Shown: positions 1 to 9,300 of the stretch, one piece after another
Layout of the letters: every line of letters starts with the position of its first letter
Position numbering within the stretch: position 1 is the first letter of the stretch
NCBI GenBank assembly: GCA_947084965.1
Contig: CAMTUG010000001.1
Span: 74,166 to 138,165 of the forward strand
Origin: an uncultured Parcubacteria group bacterium
GTDB taxonomy: Bacteria > Patescibacteriota > Patescibacteriia > UBA9934 > CAMTUG01
Direction of reading: 5' to 3'
Length of the DNA stretch: 64,000 nt
Position numbers and translations under genes: made by a program
The notes under the pieces: model-generated
Seen by the model: only the letters and a program-made list of their open reading frames with translations
Database searches by the model: none
What the model was told of the DNA's origin: nothing

Positions 1-1
1 T

Positions 2-1552
2 AAAGTTACGCTCGGGCCAAAGGGCCGCAACGTGATTGTGGATCGCGGATTTGGTTCGCCGATGGTGACCAAAGACGGTGTGTCAGTGGCGAAAGAGATC
101 GAGTTGCCAGATAAGTTTGAAAATCTTGGAGCGGAGCTCGTGAAGGAGGCGGCGAGCAAGACGAACGACGTGGCAGGGGACGGCACCACGACCGCGACCG
201 TCCTCGCTCAGGCGATCGTGGAAGAGGGGCTGAAGAACGTGACTGCGGGGACGAATCCTTTGCAGATTCGTCATGGGATCGAAAAGGGCGTGGCCGCGAT
301 CGTGGCTGAACTCAAAGCGAATATTGCCAAACCGGTACAAGGCGATGAGATCGAACATGTCGCCGCAATCAGTGCCAATGATCCAGAGATCGGTAAGATG
401 ATCGCTCAGGCGATGGAGAAGGTCGGTAAGGATGGCGTCATTACGGTTGAAGAGGCACAAACGTTTGGAATCGATGTCGATGTGGTCGAGGGGATGCAGT
501 TCGATAAGGGCTACCTCTCGCCGTACATGGTCACCAATCAGGAACGGATGGAAGCGGTTTTTGAAGATGCCGAAATCTTGATCACCGACCGCAAGATCAG
601 CTCGATCACGGACATCCTTCCGATTCTCGAAAAGCTCGCTGCAAGTGGAAAGAAGCAGTTGGTGATTCTGGCCGAAGATGTAGACGGCGACGCCTTGACC
701 ACCCTTCTGGTGAACAAACTACGTGGGGGATTCCATGCCCTTGCGATCAAAGCGCCGGCGTTTGGTGATCGCCGCAAAGCGATGCTTGAAGATATCGCCA
801 TTTTGACCGGCGGGAAGGTGATCAGCGAAGAAGTTGGATTGAAACTCGAGAACGTGGAGCTCGCGGACCTCGGCCATGCCCGCAAAGTCGTTTCAACCAA
901 AGATACGACGACGATCGTTGAAGGCCGAGGAAGCGCGGAGGCGGTGAAGTCACGCGTGGATCAGTTAAAGGCGCAGGTTGCTGAAACAGAATCTGAGTTT
1001 GATCGCGAGAAGTTGATGGAACGGATGGCCAAGTTGGCTGGCGGCGTGGCCGTTATTAAAGTCGGCGCGGCGACGGAAACGGAAATGAAAGAGATTAAAC
1101 ATCGTGTGGAAGATGCCGTTGCGGCGACCAAAGCGGCGGTGGAAGAGGGGATCGTGCCAGGGGGCGGGGTGGCGCTTCTTCGTGCTGCACACGTGCTCGA
1201 CGATCTGTCGGTTGAGGCGGGGGAAGAGATCGGTTTGAACATCCTGCTTCGTGCGGTTGAAGCTCCGGTGCGGGCGATTGCGGATAACGCCGGCATGGAC
1301 GGCTCGGTCGTTGTGGCCAAGATTAAAGAAGGGACGGGAGCGTTTGGATTCAACGCCCTTGAAAATCGTTATGAAGATATGATCGTTGCGGGGATTATCG
1401 ATCCGGCCAAAGTCAGCCGTACCGCGCTGCAAAATGCTGCGTCCGTCGCGGTCATGATTCTGACCACCGAGTGTGCGATCGTTGATCTACCAAAGGAAGA
1501 AAAGGGAGATGACGGACACGGGCACGGGGGAGGTGGAATGGGGATGTACTAA
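2..1552 (+). CDS. groL: Chaperonin GroEL (Cpn60), 5'-truncated by window edge
   Basis: Frame continues from window start ([24 protein letters not shown]); typical GroEL length and GGM-rich C-terminus. Confidence 0.95.
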   Translation, partial: KVTLGPKGRNVIVDRGFGSPMVTKDGVSVAKEIELPDKFENLGAELVKEAASKTNDVAGDGTTTATVLAQAIVEEGLKNVTAGTNPLQIRHGIEKGVAAIVAELKANIAKPVQGDEIEHVAAISANDPEIGKMIAQAMEKVGKDGVITVEEAQTFGIDVDVVEGMQFDKGYLSPYMVTNQERMEAVFEDAEILITDRKISSITDILPILEKLAASGKKQLVILAEDVDGDALTTLLVNKLRGGFHALAIKAPAFGDRRKAMLEDIAILTGGKVISEEVGLKLENVELADLGHARKVVSTKDTTTIVEGRGSAEAVKSRVDQLKAQVAETESEFDREKLMERMAKLAGGVAVIKVGAATETEMKEIKHRVEDAVAATKAAVEEGIVPGGGVALLRAAHVLDDLSVEAGEEIGLNILLRAVEAPVRAIADNAGMDGSVVVAKIKEGTGAFGFNALENRYEDMIVAGIIDPAKVSRTALQNAASVAVMILTTECAIVDLPKEEKGDDGHGHGGGGMGMY

Positions 1553-1573
1553 AAGATTCAAGCAAAGGCGGGG

Positions 1574-1607
1574 CTTTCGAGCCTCGCTTTTGTTCCGCCT
1601 CCCCACG
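1574..1607 (+). terminator. Rho-independent terminator after groL
   Basis: GC hairpin gcggggc-tttcgag-cctcgc followed by ttttgtt. Confidence 0.5.
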
Positions 1608-1698
1608 CGCTACGCAGAATCCCACCACGACATAGATTCTTGGCCATGAATGTCGTGGTGGGATCCTGCTCCGCGGTGGGGATTGCTTGGCCTGACTT

Positions 1699-1708
1699 GT
1701 GCTATACT
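1699..1708 (+). promoter_or_regulatory. Extended -10 promoter TGcTATACT, 9 nt before ATG (near-leaderless)
   Basis: TGCTATACT motif recurs upstream of several genes in this window. Confidence 0.5.
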
Positions 1709-1717
1709 TTTCCTACT

Positions 1718-2068
1718 ATGCAAGAACAACATCTGTCCGAGGTCGATAAGAAAGATATGGAGGAGAACAAGGTCGTGGCCGCCATTGGGTACCTTTTTAT
1801 CCTCTGCCTGTTGCCGCTTCTTGGCAAAAAAGATTCCAAGTTTGCTCAGTTCCATGGCAAACAGGGATTGGTGCTGACGATCGCCGCGGTCGTGCTCTGG
1901 GTCGCTTCGTTCATCCTCGCCTTTATTCCGATCATCGGCTGGCTGGCGATGTTTGTTGGCTGGATCGCCCTTGTGGTCCTCGCGATCATGGGCATCATGA
2001 AAGCGTTGGCAGGTGAGTATTGGGAGATGCCGTTTTTGGGCCAGTACGCTAAAGAGATTAAGTTATAA
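1718..2068 (+). CDS. Small membrane protein, DUF4870-like
   Basis: 3 predicted TM segments, conserved FHGKQ motif; ATG at 1718 just after the promoter motif. Confidence 0.6.
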   Translation: MQEQHLSEVDKKDMEENKVVAAIGYLFILCLLPLLGKKDSKFAQFHGKQGLVLTIAAVVLWVASFILAFIPIIGWLAMFVGWIALVVLAIMGIMKALAGEYWEMPFLGQYAKEIKL

Positions 2069-2181
2069 ATTCGAAATACGAAATCCGAAATTCGAAACAA
2101 ATTCAAATGCCAAATTTAAAAATTCGAATTTTCTCATTCTGATTTACCGATTGTTTCGTATTTCGACATTCGAATTTCGCA
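2068..2181. repeat. Palindromic intergenic repeat, CGAAATACGAAA family, copy a
   Basis: Arms ttcgaaatacgaaa..cgaaacaa and ttgtttcgtatttcg are reverse complements; ends 4 nt before prfB ATG. Confidence 0.7.
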
Positions 2182-2184
2182 TAT

Positions 2185-3319
2185 ATGAGTGATTTACTCA
2201 ATCAGATCCAATCGCTCCAGTCTCGTGTGGCAGAGACGTGGGGCTTACTTTGATGTCGATCAGATGAAAACCGAGCTCAAGAATCTGGAGTCGCAGATGG
2301 CGACACCGGATTTTTGGTCTGATCAGAAGAAGGCGGCAGAGGTGAGTCAGAAGGCCGGGGATATTCGGAATGAAGTTGAACGCTGGGAGAAGGTGAAAGG
2401 AGATATCGATGCTCTGTTTGAGTATGAGCAACTGGCCGAACAAGAAGGAGTGACAGACGTCGCCGAAGGCGAAAGTCTGTTACAGCTTGCTGAACTTGAA
2501 AAAACGTTTACAGAACTCGAGTTCCGTACCTTGTTTAATGAACCGTACGATGTGAACAACGCCATCGTCGCGTTTCATGCGGGGAGCGGCGGAACGGAGG
2601 CTAACGATTGGACGGAGATGCTGGTACGCATGATCATGCGGTTTTGTGAAAAGAAAGGATTCAAAATTGATATTTTGCACGAGTCGCGGGCAGAAGTGAC
2701 CGGATTCAAAAGTTTGATGATGCGGGTCAGCGGTCGCTTCGCCTACGGCAACCTCAAATCTGAAAGTGGTGTCCATCGCTTGGTGCGCATCTCACCGTTT
2801 GATGCGGAGAAGATGCGTCACACCACGTTTGCGCTGATCGAAGTGATGCCGGAATTGGAAGATGTGGCTGAGATCGAGATCGATCCCAAAGATCTGCGCA
2901 TCGATACCTTCCTTGCTGGCGGCCACGGTGGGCAGAGTGTGCAGACGACGTACTCGGCGGTGCGCATCGTTCACTTACCAACAGGAATTACCGTGTCCTG
3001 CCAAAATGAACGTTCACAAGCCCAGAACAAAGAGGTGGCCATGAAGGTGTTGAAATCAAAACTTCATCTGTTGGCCCTCAATGCACGCAAGAAGGAAAAC
3101 TCAGAACTGCGGGGCGAATACACCTCGGCCGAGTGGGGGAACCAAGCACGATCGTACGTTCTGCATCCGTATAAATTAGTGAAAGACCATCGTACGGAGT
3201 ACGAAACGCAGGACGCGGAAGATGTGTTAAACGGCGATCTGGATGCGCTGATCGAATCGTATTTGCGATGGAAGCTCGCGGAAAATTCGAAAATCGAAAA
3301 TCGAAATACGAAACAATAG
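2185..3319 (+). CDS. prfB: Peptide chain release factor 2, programmed +1 frameshift at CTT TGA C (2248-2253)
   Basis: Frame-1 ORF MSDLLNQIQSLQSRVAETWGLL stops at TGA, continues +1 as DVDQ...; GGQ motif; C-terminal tail (ENSKIENRNTKQ) encoded by repeat copy b. Confidence 0.9.
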
Positions 3320-3392
3320 GGAAAATCGAAAACGTTTGCGCATTTCCGGTTTTCCGATTAGGATTTGTTTGAGATTTCGGATTCCGTATTTC
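3283..3392. repeat. Palindromic intergenic repeat, copy b (overlaps prfB 3' end)
   Basis: cgaaaatcgaaatacgaaacaat ... atttgtttgagatttcggattccgtatttc inverted arms. Confidence 0.7.
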
Positions 3393-3398
3393 AACTTT

Positions 3399-4331
3399 AT
3401 GGCCAAATATAAGAAAGCTCTTGTCACCGGTGGCGCCGGGTTCATTGGATCACATATTGTTGATGCCTTGATTAAGCGTCGTATTAAGGTGTACGTCGTT
3501 GATGATCTGTCGGCGGGAAAGCGGTCGAATATCAATCCCAACGCTGTTTTTTATAAGATTTCGGTGGCCAATCCGGCCGTGATGAAACTGATCGAAAAGA
3601 TCAAACCGGATGTCGTTTTTCATCTGGCTGCCCAGATTGATGTGCGTTGTTCGGTGGAAGATCCGCCGCACGATGCCCGAGTGAACGTTCTTGGTACGCT
3701 GCACGTTGCTCACGCCGCGGCCAAGGCCGGGGTTAAGAAGTTTATTATGACCTCAAGCGGAGGGGCGATGTATTCGGACGATGTGCGCCCTCCGTACACC
3801 GAGGCAACGCCCGCTGACCCGATTTCGCCTTATGGCATCGCCAAACGGACCGCCGAGATGTATCTGGATTTTGAACATCGGATCCACAATCTTCCGTGCG
3901 TGGTGTTGCGTTTAGCCAATGCCTACGGACCACGCCAACGACTAAGCGGCGGATACGCTGGGGTTATTTCCAAGTTCGCTTCCAACATGCTACAGGGAAA
4001 GCAATGCATGATCACCGGAAGCGGGAAGCAGACGCGCGATTACGTCTACGTCAGCGACATCGTTCGTGCAGAGATACTGGCGATGGAGAAAGATGTCAAA
4101 GGGATCTATCATATCGGGACAGGCAAGGAGACGAGCGTGACCCAGTTGTTTAAAAAGATCAATGCCATTACTTCGGCCAAACAGAAAGAGGTTCATGTGC
4201 CCGCTTGTCAGGGGGAAGTGATGCGTTCCGCGCTTGATGCGCGTAAGGCGCGGCGTGATTTGGGTTGGAAGCCAGAGGTCATGCTCGACGAAGGATTGAA
4301 ACGAACGATCGAGTGGTTCAAGAAAAAATAG
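3399..4331 (+). CDS. NAD-dependent epimerase/dehydratase (GalE-like)
   Basis: GGAGFIGSH Rossmann motif, YGIAK catalytic YxxxK; start MAKYKK. Confidence 0.8.
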   Translation: MAKYKKALVTGGAGFIGSHIVDALIKRRIKVYVVDDLSAGKRSNINPNAVFYKISVANPAVMKLIEKIKPDVVFHLAAQIDVRCSVEDPPHDARVNVLGTLHVAHAAAKAGVKKFIMTSSGGAMYSDDVRPPYTEATPADPISPYGIAKRTAEMYLDFEHRIHNLPCVVLRLANAYGPRQRLSGGYAGVISKFASNMLQGKQCMITGSGKQTRDYVYVSDIVRAEILAMEKDVKGIYHIGTGKETSVTQLFKKINAITSAKQKEVHVPACQGEVMRSALDARKARRDLGWKPEVMLDEGLKRTIEWFKKK

Positions 4332-4332
4332 T

Positions 4333-4884
4333 ATGGATCTGAAGCAGGCGGTCGCCGTATTGAAACAGGGCGGAGTCGTTGTTTTTCCGACGGAGACGAG
4401 TTACGGGATCGGTTGCGACGCCACGAACGCGCGGGCGGTTGCTCAGGTGTTTGCGTTAAAGGGGCGACCAGAAGGGAAGGGAACGCCGCTGATCGTGGAT
4501 TCTTTAGCGATGGCAGAAACATTTGGGGTATTTAGTGCGATAGCCAAGAAGCTCGCCAAGAAGCATTGGCCTGGAGCGCTGACCCTTGTTGTACCGAAGA
4601 AAGGGAGGATCGCAGACGCGGTGCTCCAGGACGGCACCGTCGCCTTGCGCGTTTCAAGTCACCCGATCGCGCGCGCGCTCGCCAAAGGACTTGGCAAACC
4701 ACTTGTGGCGACGTCCGCGAACAAATCTGGGGAGCCGCCGGCCTTTTCCGTCCGTGCTGCTCAAGCGCTCGGCGCCGACGCTTTTGTTTCTGGTGGCACC
4801 CTGCGCAAGCGGCGGGCCTCGACGTTAGTGCGCATTACGGGTGATGCGGTTGAAGTCCTACGACAAGGACCGGTCAAACTATGA
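4333..4884 (+). CDS. tsaC: L-threonylcarbamoyladenylate synthase (YrdC/Sua5 domain)
   Basis: VVVFPTETSYGIGCDA motif, 183 aa. Confidence 0.85.
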   Translation: MDLKQAVAVLKQGGVVVFPTETSYGIGCDATNARAVAQVFALKGRPEGKGTPLIVDSLAMAETFGVFSAIAKKLAKKHWPGALTLVVPKKGRIADAVLQDGTVALRVSSHPIARALAKGLGKPLVATSANKSGEPPAFSVRAAQALGADAFVSGGTLRKRRASTLVRITGDAVEVLRQGPVKL

Positions 4885-5654
4885 TCGCCAAGAAATCATT
4901 CGGTCAACACTTTTTGCATGATCATCGCGTGATCGAAAAGATTATCGCTGCGGCAGAGATCACCCCCGGTGAAACGGTGATCGAAGTCGGGCCAGGGCAT
5001 GGGGTGCTGACCAAAGCGCTGGTTGAAGCGGGGGCCAAGGTGATCGCTATCGAAGCAGATCGTGATCTGATCACGGAGCTTGAAGTGAAGTTCCCTCAGG
5101 CCAAGATTATTTTTTCCGACGTTTTAAAAGTGGACATTTCTGATCTGTCTCGCATTTCGAATTTCGCATTTCGAAATTATAAAGTTGTTGCTAACTTGCC
5201 GTACAACATTGCCTCTGCGGTGATTGAAAAGTTTTTTACCGCGCCCATTCCGCCGTCGGAGATGATCGTGATGGTGCAGAAAGAAGTTGCAGATCGGATT
5301 CTCGCCGCACCAGGGGAGATGAGCGTTCTGTCGGTCGCTTGTCAGCTGTACGCCGACGTTTCGCGGGTGACCAATGTCGCTCCAGGGGCTTTTTCCCCGC
5401 CGCCCAAAGTAGAATCCGCCGTGATCCGTTTGGAGACCAAAAAACGAAGGATCAAAAACGAGGAGATCATCCAGTTGGCTAAAGTTGGCTTTTCTTCGCG
5501 CCGCAAACAGCTGCACGGTAACCTTGCTGCGGCACAGGTCGCTTCGTCAGAGGAGGTCAAGCGATCCCTGCAGGCGCTCGGTCTGGCCGCGACCGCTCGC
5601 GCCCAAGAACTTTCGGTGGATAACTGGGCTCAGCTCTTCGAGAAGCTCCGTTGA
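4881..5654 (+). CDS. rsmA: 16S rRNA (adenine1518/1519-N6) dimethyltransferase
   Basis: FGQHFL, VIEVGPGHGVLT SAM motif, NLPYNI; ATGA overlap with tsaC. Confidence 0.9.
   Translation: MIAKKSFGQHFLHDHRVIEKIIAAAEITPGETVIEVGPGHGVLTKALVEAGAKVIAIEADRDLITELEVKFPQAKIIFSDVLKVDISDLSRISNFAFRNYKVVANLPYNIASAVIEKFFTAPIPPSEMIVMVQKEVADRILAAPGEMSVLSVACQLYADVSRVTNVAPGAFSPPPKVESAVIRLETKKRRIKNEEIIQLAKVGFSSRRKQLHGNLAAAQVASSEEVKRSLQALGLAATARAQELSVDNWAQLFEKLR
5151..5178. repeat. Partial copy of CGAAAT repeat embedded in-frame in rsmA (encodes SRISNFAFRN)
   Basis: cgcatttcgaatttcgcatttcgaaatt inside the CDS. Confidence 0.4.
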
Positions 5655-5656
5655 TC

Positions 5657-5665
5657 TGCTATACT
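5657..5665 (+). promoter_or_regulatory. Extended -10 promoter TGCTATACT, 10 nt before ATG
   Basis: Same motif as at 1699. Confidence 0.5.
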
Positions 5666-5675
5666 GTGAACGGGT

Positions 5676-6338
5676 ATGGAAGAACGACCCGTTTTAGATT
5701 ATCAACCGCGAGTGTTCTCGAAAGAAGAGAAGGTTGCTTTTGTGTTTCTGATTATCGCCGGGATCGGCGGACTCTTTTTCGGAATGAAGTATCTGGGGAA
5801 GAATCTGGAAGCGCCGTTTGTCTTTTCTTATAACGGAGAAAAGTTTTTAACGAGTGATCAGAAAGAATCAGCCGAGGCCGAAGCGATGAAAGGCCGCGAC
5901 ACCGACGGGGACACATTGAACGATTACGACGAGGTGTATATCTATAAAACGTCTGCCTATCTCGCTGACTCCGATTCCGACGGCTACAACGACAACACAG
6001 AATTAGAAAGCGGCAATGATCCGAACTGTCCGATCGGGAAGGAGTGTACAGGATCAGCATCGGTTGACACGGCGGTCGACGCAAGCGATGCGTTGATTGG
6101 CGGACTGGCTGAACCACAAGCGCCAGATCTCGTCGCCGCTCAGGCGATCCTTGATCAGGCCGAAGATCCGGCGGTGGCAATTACGCAAGTGACCGCAGAG
6201 CAGTTGCGTGATCTCTTGATCGCCAATGGCGCGGACGAAGCGACGGTCAATCAGGTGGATGATTCGCAGCTGATGCTTATGTACGAAGAGGCCCTCAGAC
6301 AGTACGCAGAATCACAATCATCCTCAGGAACACCCTAA
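5676..6338 (+). CDS. Secreted/membrane-anchored acidic protein with thrombospondin type-3-like Ca-binding repeats
   Basis: N-terminal TM; DTDGDTLNDYDE and DSDSDGYNDNTE repeats; 3 nt upstream of the giant gene. Confidence 0.55.
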   Translation: MEERPVLDYQPRVFSKEEKVAFVFLIIAGIGGLFFGMKYLGKNLEAPFVFSYNGEKFLTSDQKESAEAEAMKGRDTDGDTLNDYDEVYIYKTSAYLADSDSDGYNDNTELESGNDPNCPIGKECTGSASVDTAVDASDALIGGLAEPQAPDLVAAQAILDQAEDPAVAITQVTAEQLRDLLIANGADEATVNQVDDSQLMLMYEEALRQYAESQSSSGTP

Positions 6339-6341
6339 GCT

Positions 6342-9300
6342 ATGGACGAACAGAAACCAAAACGGAACGGGTATCTTCTTCGCCGGGCAGGGGCGACCGT
6401 TTGTCTCCTTTTTGTTTTGTTTGCGGCGGTGCTTCCGTCAGCGGTATCCGCTCAGGTTGTTCAGGTTGTCACTGCTCCAGGTGTGCCAATCGAGACGACA
6501 GAAGATCTAAAAAAGGAGCTCATTGAAAAGCCGTTCCAGGTCGCCTTTTTGACGATCATCTGGAATTTCATGACGTTTATTTCGAATCGCATCGCCTACG
6601 ATGCAGCTGTGGCGATCGCGACGGCCGGTAATGGGGAAGAGCCGTTGATTGAATTGCGCGATCCGATGCGTTATTTAGAGGATCTAGGAAAGGACGTCGT
6701 TGGTGCGGGTATCGATGCCTTAAATCAGTCGCTTGAGGCGGTTAACATCCACTTTGATCTGTGTGCTCCAAAAGCGCCACTGGTTAAACTTTCGCTCCAG
6801 CTTGGTATTCGTTCGGCCTACGACCGCCCGGAACCAGATTGTGATTTTCAAGAGCTGACAGAAAACTGGGAGGCCTTTACGGCATCTACGATCTTTTCCG
6901 CCAGCCCGGACGAGGCGGCACTGTTTCAATTTTCCGCCACGATGAATCCGCGCACGACTGATCTCTCCTCTGCTATTACCCTTCTTGATCAGATTTATAC
7001 CGACGAAGCTCTGACAAAATCAAGTAGTTTTGCTGAGTATCTTGCCAACAACGGGTATAAGAACGTCGTTAATAGCATCACGGGTAATGTAGAGACCCCA
7101 GCTGATCTTGTTGAAAATGCATGGAGCAGGTCGGTTGAAATTGCTATTCCAACAAAGGAAGACCGCATCGCTGGGTTTAACTTTTTCTTAGAGTCTAAGG
7201 ATTTATGGAAACAGCTTGGTGTTTCTGCCTTGAGTACATTTGCCAACACGTTGCTTTCTACATTCACCCAGCGCATTTATAGTGGGATGTTTGACATCGA
7301 CATTCCAGAATCTGATGTATTGGACGTCGGAACGATTACGTTTCGCGGTGGTGTCGATGCGGCCGAATCGCATTTCCGGTCGATGTTTACAGCCAAAATC
7401 ATCAGTTTAGATAACTACAGTGTCATTTCAGAATTTTTGACTTGCCCGGGAACGACGACACGACAGCTAAACAACTGCGTGATGGATAGTGGCTTCGGTA
7501 ACGCTGTCGCTGGGGCTGAGGTTGGTGACCCGTTTACGGTACAAGAAGCGATTGATGAAGGATACATTCATGGCGATTGGCCGCTGATCAGCCAGGACGA
7601 TTCTCGCGACCTGGACCAGAATTGTTATAGTTACGGATATTGTTACGGCAACTTAGTTCGCATGCGCAAAGCGCGGATCATCCCGGTGGGATGGGAGATG
7701 GCCGCATCGATCCAGGCGGCTGGAGATTCAGATACTTTACAAGATGTCATCGATCAGTTTGATGACTGTAATGCTGATAATGAACGGGATCCGAGCCATC
7801 CGTATTGCCACCTAATCGACCCAAATTGGGTTTTGAAATATCCCTCGACGCAATGCCGCGCGAGTGTGCCAGGACAATTAGTTGACAACGACGGCATAAA
7901 ACGCGGAACAGAGTGTGTTGATGCTCCGAGCTGTATTCAAGAAGATGCCGGGGGAGAGTGTGTTGGTGGTTATGGCTACTGTGTGCGTGAGCAGAACAGT
8001 TTCGACTTCCGTGGCACTTCTTGTCCCGAGCAATACGCTACCTGTTTGGCAGTCAGTAATGAAGATGACGAATTGTCGGGGAACTATCTCTTTAATACCA
8101 CAGACCTCGAAGAATGCGATGCGGATTCTGCAGGCTGCCGCTGGTATCAGACGACCAAAGAATCAACAGACGATGTCTTTGACTGGCCGACGATCGATGA
8201 CTTGCCAACGCTTGACGCCGCGGCTGGCACGTATGCTTCTCGTTTTTACTACAACAACGACGTCGAGGAATGTGATTCAGACGACGCTGGTTGTACGCGG
8301 GTGATTGAAAAGACGGACGATGTCACCTTGAACCTCATCCGAAATCCGAGCTTTGAAGATGATGAGGATGCCGACGGTGTGCCGGATTACTGGACGTTCA
8401 CGGGAGCGGGAACGTACGACCTTTCAGGGACGACCTCCGCTTTTGCCAGTGATTCAGTAGCTCCAGGGGCTTCCGGATCATCGGCGATTATTTATCAGAC
8501 CGATCTCCCGCTCCAGCAGGCGACGTTCTACACTCTTTCGTTTTATGCCGAGCAGGCCGATGCGACCAGTAGTGAGACATTAACGGTTTATGCCGTTATA
8601 AATTCAGAGGATGGTTCAGCAGAAGTTGACCTGAGTGGTACGAGTTATGGCGGTGACTGTACGATTGCCGATTTAGATAGCTCTGGAGGCGAGGAAACGA
8701 TCCTCATGAGTGTGACCCCGGCCTCGAACACTTCCGAGCGCTTCAGTTGTACCTTTACCTCACCAACGTTCACGGATGAGGATCTTGGAGTGCGAATCCA
8801 GTTCCTCGACTTCATCGGCGAGGAGATTTATGTCGACGCCGTTCAGCTTGAAGCCGACGAGGATCTTTCGGATTTCGTCGTTGGATACGGCACAACGCTT
8901 GAGCAGTTGAATCCGACGTACTATAAATTACCACCGTCTTACCTGGGCTGTACGGGCGATAGCGACGTGGATCCTGCTGAATGCGCTGATTACGCGCCGG
9001 TCTGTACAGCGCAAGACGTTGGATGTTCCGAATACACTCCGGAAAACGGGGATCCGGTGGTGACCGGTATCGCTGGTGCGCTTGATGAATGTCCGGCGGT
9101 TTGTTCAGGGTATGACACCTATAAGCAAGAACCGACGCGGTACGAACCGGACGGAGATTTCCCGTTGTACTTTATCCCTGACACCGCCATCTCGTGCGGC
9201 GCGCAGTACGTTGGATGTGATGAATTCACCAATTTAAATACCGAAGAGCGCGAATCCTACACCTACTTGCGCGCTTGCCAGACGACGACCCAAACGACCG

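Noticed and set aside
2068-3392. CGAAAT-rich repeats as a possible CRISPR array
   Set aside because: Copies are dispersed across 40 kb, internally palindromic, of variable length, and lack regular repeat-spacer periodicity. No cas genes are present.
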